Shown piece after piece: positions 60,557-64,000 of a DNA stretch of 64,000 nucleotides. The stretch is from Alphaproteobacteria bacterium (GTDB lineage: Bacteria > Pseudomonadota > Alphaproteobacteria > GCA-2731375). Both the position numbers and the translations under genes were made by a program. Where the stretch lies: the NCBI GenBank assembly GCA_965232515.1, contig CBDDPY010000002.1, positions 1 to 64,000 of the forward strand, written 5' to 3'. How positions within the stretch are numbered: position 1 is the stretch's first letter; every line of letters starts with the position of its first letter. Under the pieces are notes generated by a model. It was not told the origin of the DNA, made no database searches, and worked only from the letters and a program-made list of their open reading frames with translations.

Positions 60557-62176
60557 ATGGCGATGTCCGTTCGGCATGCCGATGTCGTTGTCGTCGGCTC
60601 CGGCGCCGCGGGTCTTGCTTGCGCGCTGGCGCTGGCGCCGCGGCATGTCACGCTGCTGACCAAGACCGAGGGCCTCGAGGGCGGCGCCAGCCGCTATGCC
60701 CAGGGCGGCATCGCGGCGGCGCTCGGTCCCGGCGACACGCCGGAGGCGCATGCCGCCGACACGGTCGCCGCCGGTGCGGGCCTTAGCGATCCCGACACCG
60801 CGCTGCTGCTGGCACGCCAGGGCGTGACGGCCATGCGCGATCTGCTGGACGCCGGCCTGCCGGTCGACCGCGCCGCCGATGGCAACCCGCTGCTCGGTCG
60901 CGAGGGCGCGCACGGCATCCCCCGCATCGTGCATGCCGGCGGCGACGCCACCGGCCGTACGCTGGTCGCGGCGCTGGCCGGACAGGTGCAAGCCGCGCCG
61001 TCGATCCACGTCGCCACCGGTGTGTTCGCCTATGACCTGGTGGTGCAGAACGACCGTGTAACCGGTCTGATGGCATTCCATCCCGACGGCGGCTGGACCT
61101 ATCACCGCTGCGACCGGGTGGTGCTGGCGACGGGGGGCATCGGCACACTCTGGCAACACACGACCAATCCGGCCGAAGCCACGGGCGACGGTCTGGCCAT
61201 GGCGGCCCGCGCCGGCGCCGAGCTGGCGAACCTGGAATTCGTGCAGTTCCACCCGACCGCGCTCGCCGTCGGTGACGATACCGGCGCCGCCAGCCTGCCG
61301 TTGTTGACCGAAGCGTTGCGCGGCGCCGGCGCGCATCTCCTCGACGACGACGGCGGGCGGTTCATGACATCGGAACATCCGTCGGCCGAACTGGCGCCGC
61401 GTGATGTGGTGGCGCGCGCCGTCTGGCGGCGCCTCACGGACGGGCAGGGCGTCTTCCTCGACCTGCGGCCAGTGCTGGCGGTGCGCGGCGAGGGCGCGTT
61501 CCCGCAGGCCGTTTCCGCCTGCCGCGCGGCCGGCTACGAGCCCACGCGGCAGCCGGTGCCGATCCGGCCGGCGGCGCACTACCACATGGGCGGCGTTGCG
61601 GTCGATCGCGAGGGCCGCAGCTCGATTTCCGGCCTCTGGGCTTGCGGCGAGGTCGCCGACACCGGCGTGCACGGCGCCAATCGGCTTGCCAGCAACTCGC
61701 TGCTGGAGGCCCTCGTTTTCGCCCGGCGCGTGGCCGAGGATGTCGCGCGGTATGCTGACGTATCGCCCGCCACGGACGAGATGCCGGCCGCGCCGGCCGT
61801 GCCGACGCCGCCGCGCGGGCAGGTGGCCGCCATCGTTGCCCGCACGCGCGATCTGGTCTCGCGGCATGTCGGCCTGGCGCGCGCCGGCGCCGGCCTGCGG
61901 CAGGCCATCGCCGATCAGGCCGAGATCGCGGCCGCGCTCGCGGCCTGGGAGATCTATGCTTCGCCCGACAACAGCGTCACCGCGGCCGATATCAGGCGCT
62001 GGGGCGAGGCCCGCAACCTGGTGCTGCTGGTCGGTCTGCTGGCGCGGGCCGCGCTTAACCGCACCGAAAGCCGCGGCGCGCATTATCGCGAGGACTTCCC
62101 CGAACCGCTGCCGGCCTGGCAGCATCGCCAATTCCTGAATGCGGCCAGCATCGTCAACGAGAGGCCATTGCCATGA
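60557..62176 (+). CDS. nadB: L-aspartate oxidase
   Basis: GSGAAGL, AQGGIAA, EGAH..RIVH, QFHPT, TEALRG, LAPRDVVAR, HYHMGG, HGANRLASNSL, ESRGAHYR. Confidence 0.95.
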   Translation: MAMSVRHADVVVVGSGAAGLACALALAPRHVTLLTKTEGLEGGASRYAQGGIAAALGPGDTPEAHAADTVAAGAGLSDPDTALLLARQGVTAMRDLLDAGLPVDRAADGNPLLGREGAHGIPRIVHAGGDATGRTLVAALAGQVQAAPSIHVATGVFAYDLVVQNDRVTGLMAFHPDGGWTYHRCDRVVLATGGIGTLWQHTTNPAEATGDGLAMAARAGAELANLEFVQFHPTALAVGDDTGAASLPLLTEALRGAGAHLLDDDGGRFMTSEHPSAELAPRDVVARAVWRRLTDGQGVFLDLRPVLAVRGEGAFPQAVSACRAAGYEPTRQPVPIRPAAHYHMGGVAVDREGRSSISGLWACGEVADTGVHGANRLASNSLLEALVFARRVAEDVARYADVSPATDEMPAAPAVPTPPRGQVAAIVARTRDLVSRHVGLARAGAGLRQAIADQAEIAAALAAWEIYASPDNSVTAADIRRWGEARNLVLLVGLLARAALNRTESRGAHYREDFPEPLPAWQHRQFLNAASIVNERPLP

Positions 62177-63030
62177 TCGATGTTCACACCCCCTATGCCG
62201 TGCAGGTCGAACCGATCCTGCGACGCGCCCTCGACGAAGACCTGGGCGTCGCCGGCGACCTCACATCCGGCGCGGTGGTGCCGGTCGAGGCGCGGGCGCG
62301 GGGCCTGTTCGTCGCCCGCCGCGATGGCCGTGTCGCCGGCCTCGATATCGCGCTCGGCGTCTTCGCCCTGCTGGACCCGTCGATCACCGTGCAGATCGAA
62401 AACGGCGACGGCAGCGACGTCGCCGCTGGCACGACGCTCGCCATGGTCGAAGGGCCGGCCCGGCCGATCCTGACCGGCGAGCGCACGGCGCTCAATCTCC
62501 TGACCCGGATGAGCGGCATCGCCACCGGCACACGGGCCGTTGTCGCCGCGGTCGCCGATTACGAGACCCGCGTCGCCTGCACCCGCAAGACCACACCGGG
62601 CCTGCGCGTGCTGGAGAAATATGCCGTCCGCGTCGGCGGCGGCACCAATCACCGCTTCGGTCTGAACGATGGCGTGCTGATCAAGGACAACCACATCGTC
62701 GCCGCCGGCGGCATCGAAGCGGCGGTGAATCGCGCCCGCACGCAACTGGGTCACATGGTCAAGCTGGAGGTCGAGGTCGACACGCTTGCCCAGCTCGAGC
62801 AATTGCTCGGCCTCGAGGCCGACGCCGTCCTGCTCGACAACATGGGCCCCGACCTGCTGCGTCAGGCCGTCGATATGGTGGCCGGCCGCCTGGTGACGGA
62901 GGCGTCCGGCAATCTGTCGATCGACACCGTGCGCGACGTCGCCGCCGCCGGCGTCGACCTGGTCTCGCTCGGCGGTCTCACCCACAGCGCTGCTCACCTC
63001 GATATCGGCCTCGACTTCGAGACGACCTAG
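62173..63030 (+). CDS. nadC: quinolinate phosphoribosyltransferase
   Basis: ERTALN, TRKTTPG, NHRFGL, IKDNH, EVEV, LLDNM, EASG. Confidence 0.97.
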   Translation: MIDVHTPYAVQVEPILRRALDEDLGVAGDLTSGAVVPVEARARGLFVARRDGRVAGLDIALGVFALLDPSITVQIENGDGSDVAAGTTLAMVEGPARPILTGERTALNLLTRMSGIATGTRAVVAAVADYETRVACTRKTTPGLRVLEKYAVRVGGGTNHRFGLNDGVLIKDNHIVAAGGIEAAVNRARTQLGHMVKLEVEVDTLAQLEQLLGLEADAVLLDNMGPDLLRQAVDMVAGRLVTEASGNLSIDTVRDVAAAGVDLVSLGGLTHSAAHLDIGLDFETT

Positions 63031-63111
63031 CCGCCTTGACGTCGTCGCTGTTTCCACCGACATCTTTGTCAGTCGCGGTGGACGGACCGCCGCATGACAG
63101 GGATGGGCGAT

Positions 63112-63624
63112 ATGTTTCGAGGTTTTCTAGCCGGTATTGCCGGCGCGCTTTTGATGGCCGCTTGTGCGACGCCAGCGAGTTTCGACGAGTCCTTCGCCCG
63201 CTTTGAGCAGGCGCTGGTCCAGTGCACGGACCGGTTCGGTTATGATCCCGAAACGGTCGGCGACATCGGCCCGTACGAGCTCGCCGAAAACGAACGCGGT
63301 TGGCTGGAATGCGCTTATGCCGGCGTTGAAACCCATCTCGTCCCCTATTCGGCGGTGCCGGACCTCTATACCGACCTCATCACCGAGCACCGGGCGCTGA
63401 CCGACGGCGTCGAGCGTGGCACAGTGACCCGGGCGGCGCGCGAGGAACGTGTCGACACGGTTCTCGCCTCGATCGAACGCCAGGAAAAGGCTTTCGAGCA
63501 GGCCCAGATCAAGCGCCTGGACGAATTGCGCGACCAGCAGGAACGCCAGCGCCAGCTGCGCGAGATCGATCGCATCCAGCGCGAGTTCAGCATCATGCGG
63601 CGCTCGGTCGGGGCCCGGCTCTGA
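63112..63624 (+). CDS. hypothetical lipoprotein
   Basis: MFRGFLAGIAGALLMAAC lipobox; two further Cys; coiled-coil-like Q/E/R-rich C-terminus. Confidence 0.7.
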   Translation: MFRGFLAGIAGALLMAACATPASFDESFARFEQALVQCTDRFGYDPETVGDIGPYELAENERGWLECAYAGVETHLVPYSAVPDLYTDLITEHRALTDGVERGTVTRAAREERVDTVLASIERQEKAFEQAQIKRLDELRDQQERQRQLREIDRIQREFSIMRRSVGARL

Positions 63625-63677
63625 CGGCTCCCAGTCCGGACGGCATCACTACGACGGGTGACGTCGTTCATGCCGCT

Positions 63678-63818
63678 GCATGCCCGTAGCAAGCACGGGC
63701 ATGACGCCTTGAGGGCCTCGGTGCACGAACAAATTCGTCATTGCCGGGCTTGACCCGGCAATCCAGATGTCGGTTTGCAAGTCAGCAATCGCAGGCGACA
63801 TGCTTGCTGCGGGATGAC
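63678..63818. repeat. cluster of alphaproteobacterial REP-like palindromes
   Basis: gcatgcccgt-agcaagc-acgggcatgac, gtcattgccgggcttgacccggcaatcca, and a degenerate partner ending gggatgac. Confidence 0.7.
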
Positions 63819-64000
63819 CCCCGGTGCGCGGCCGTCGGAAACAATTGAAATCGAAAACCTGACCGCCTGAAACGCGGCCGAAACACACGGTCGGTAAATC
63901 GCTCGGTGCGCGTGGCGTCGCGGTCGCACCACGATGATGTCGCCGTTTCTCGGTTCCATGTTTTCACAGGAAACAGGTCTGACATGATGCTACGAGCTTC

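Noticed and set aside
1-64000. CRISPR arrays, tRNA/rRNA genes, prophage or defence genes; many long antisense ORFs (e.g. 11137..13026, 44908..46596, 50179..52017, 53770..55575)
   Set aside because: No regularly spaced repeats or RNA-gene signatures were seen by eye; the long antisense ORFs are shadows of well-supported genes.

Overview
High-GC chromosomal window. Gene content (NadQ-nadABC, TRAP and Liv-type transporters, a PleC/DivJ-like kinase, alphaproteobacterial REP-type repeats) suggests an alphaproteobacterium; this is inference, not a database result. Most of it is metabolic and transport genes: an F420 operon (two LLM oxidoreductases, npdG, cofE, truncated cofD), two-subunit methylmalonyl-CoA mutase with meaB and hisI, two TRAP permease pairs, two Liv-type ABC systems, a lone CoxL-like subunit, and nadQ-nadABC with two tandem operators. 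No rRNA, tRNA, CRISPR array, transposase, integrase or phage gene was recognised. The most unusual signals are: (1) two diverged DctP paralogs fused head-to-head into a ~1.9-kb imperfect palindrome, both lacking their 5' ends (real rearrangement or assembly collapse); (2) a 265-bp TA-flanked, highly structured MITE in two copies, one of which split the start of a VOC gene and supplies an in-frame replacement ATG from its own terminal repeat; (3) a FecR-like protein with a (G4-5S)n/poly-Gly/23-Asp tail upstream of an orphan CHASE2-PAS kinase; (4) small operons of unknown function. All product calls come from motif recognition by eye.
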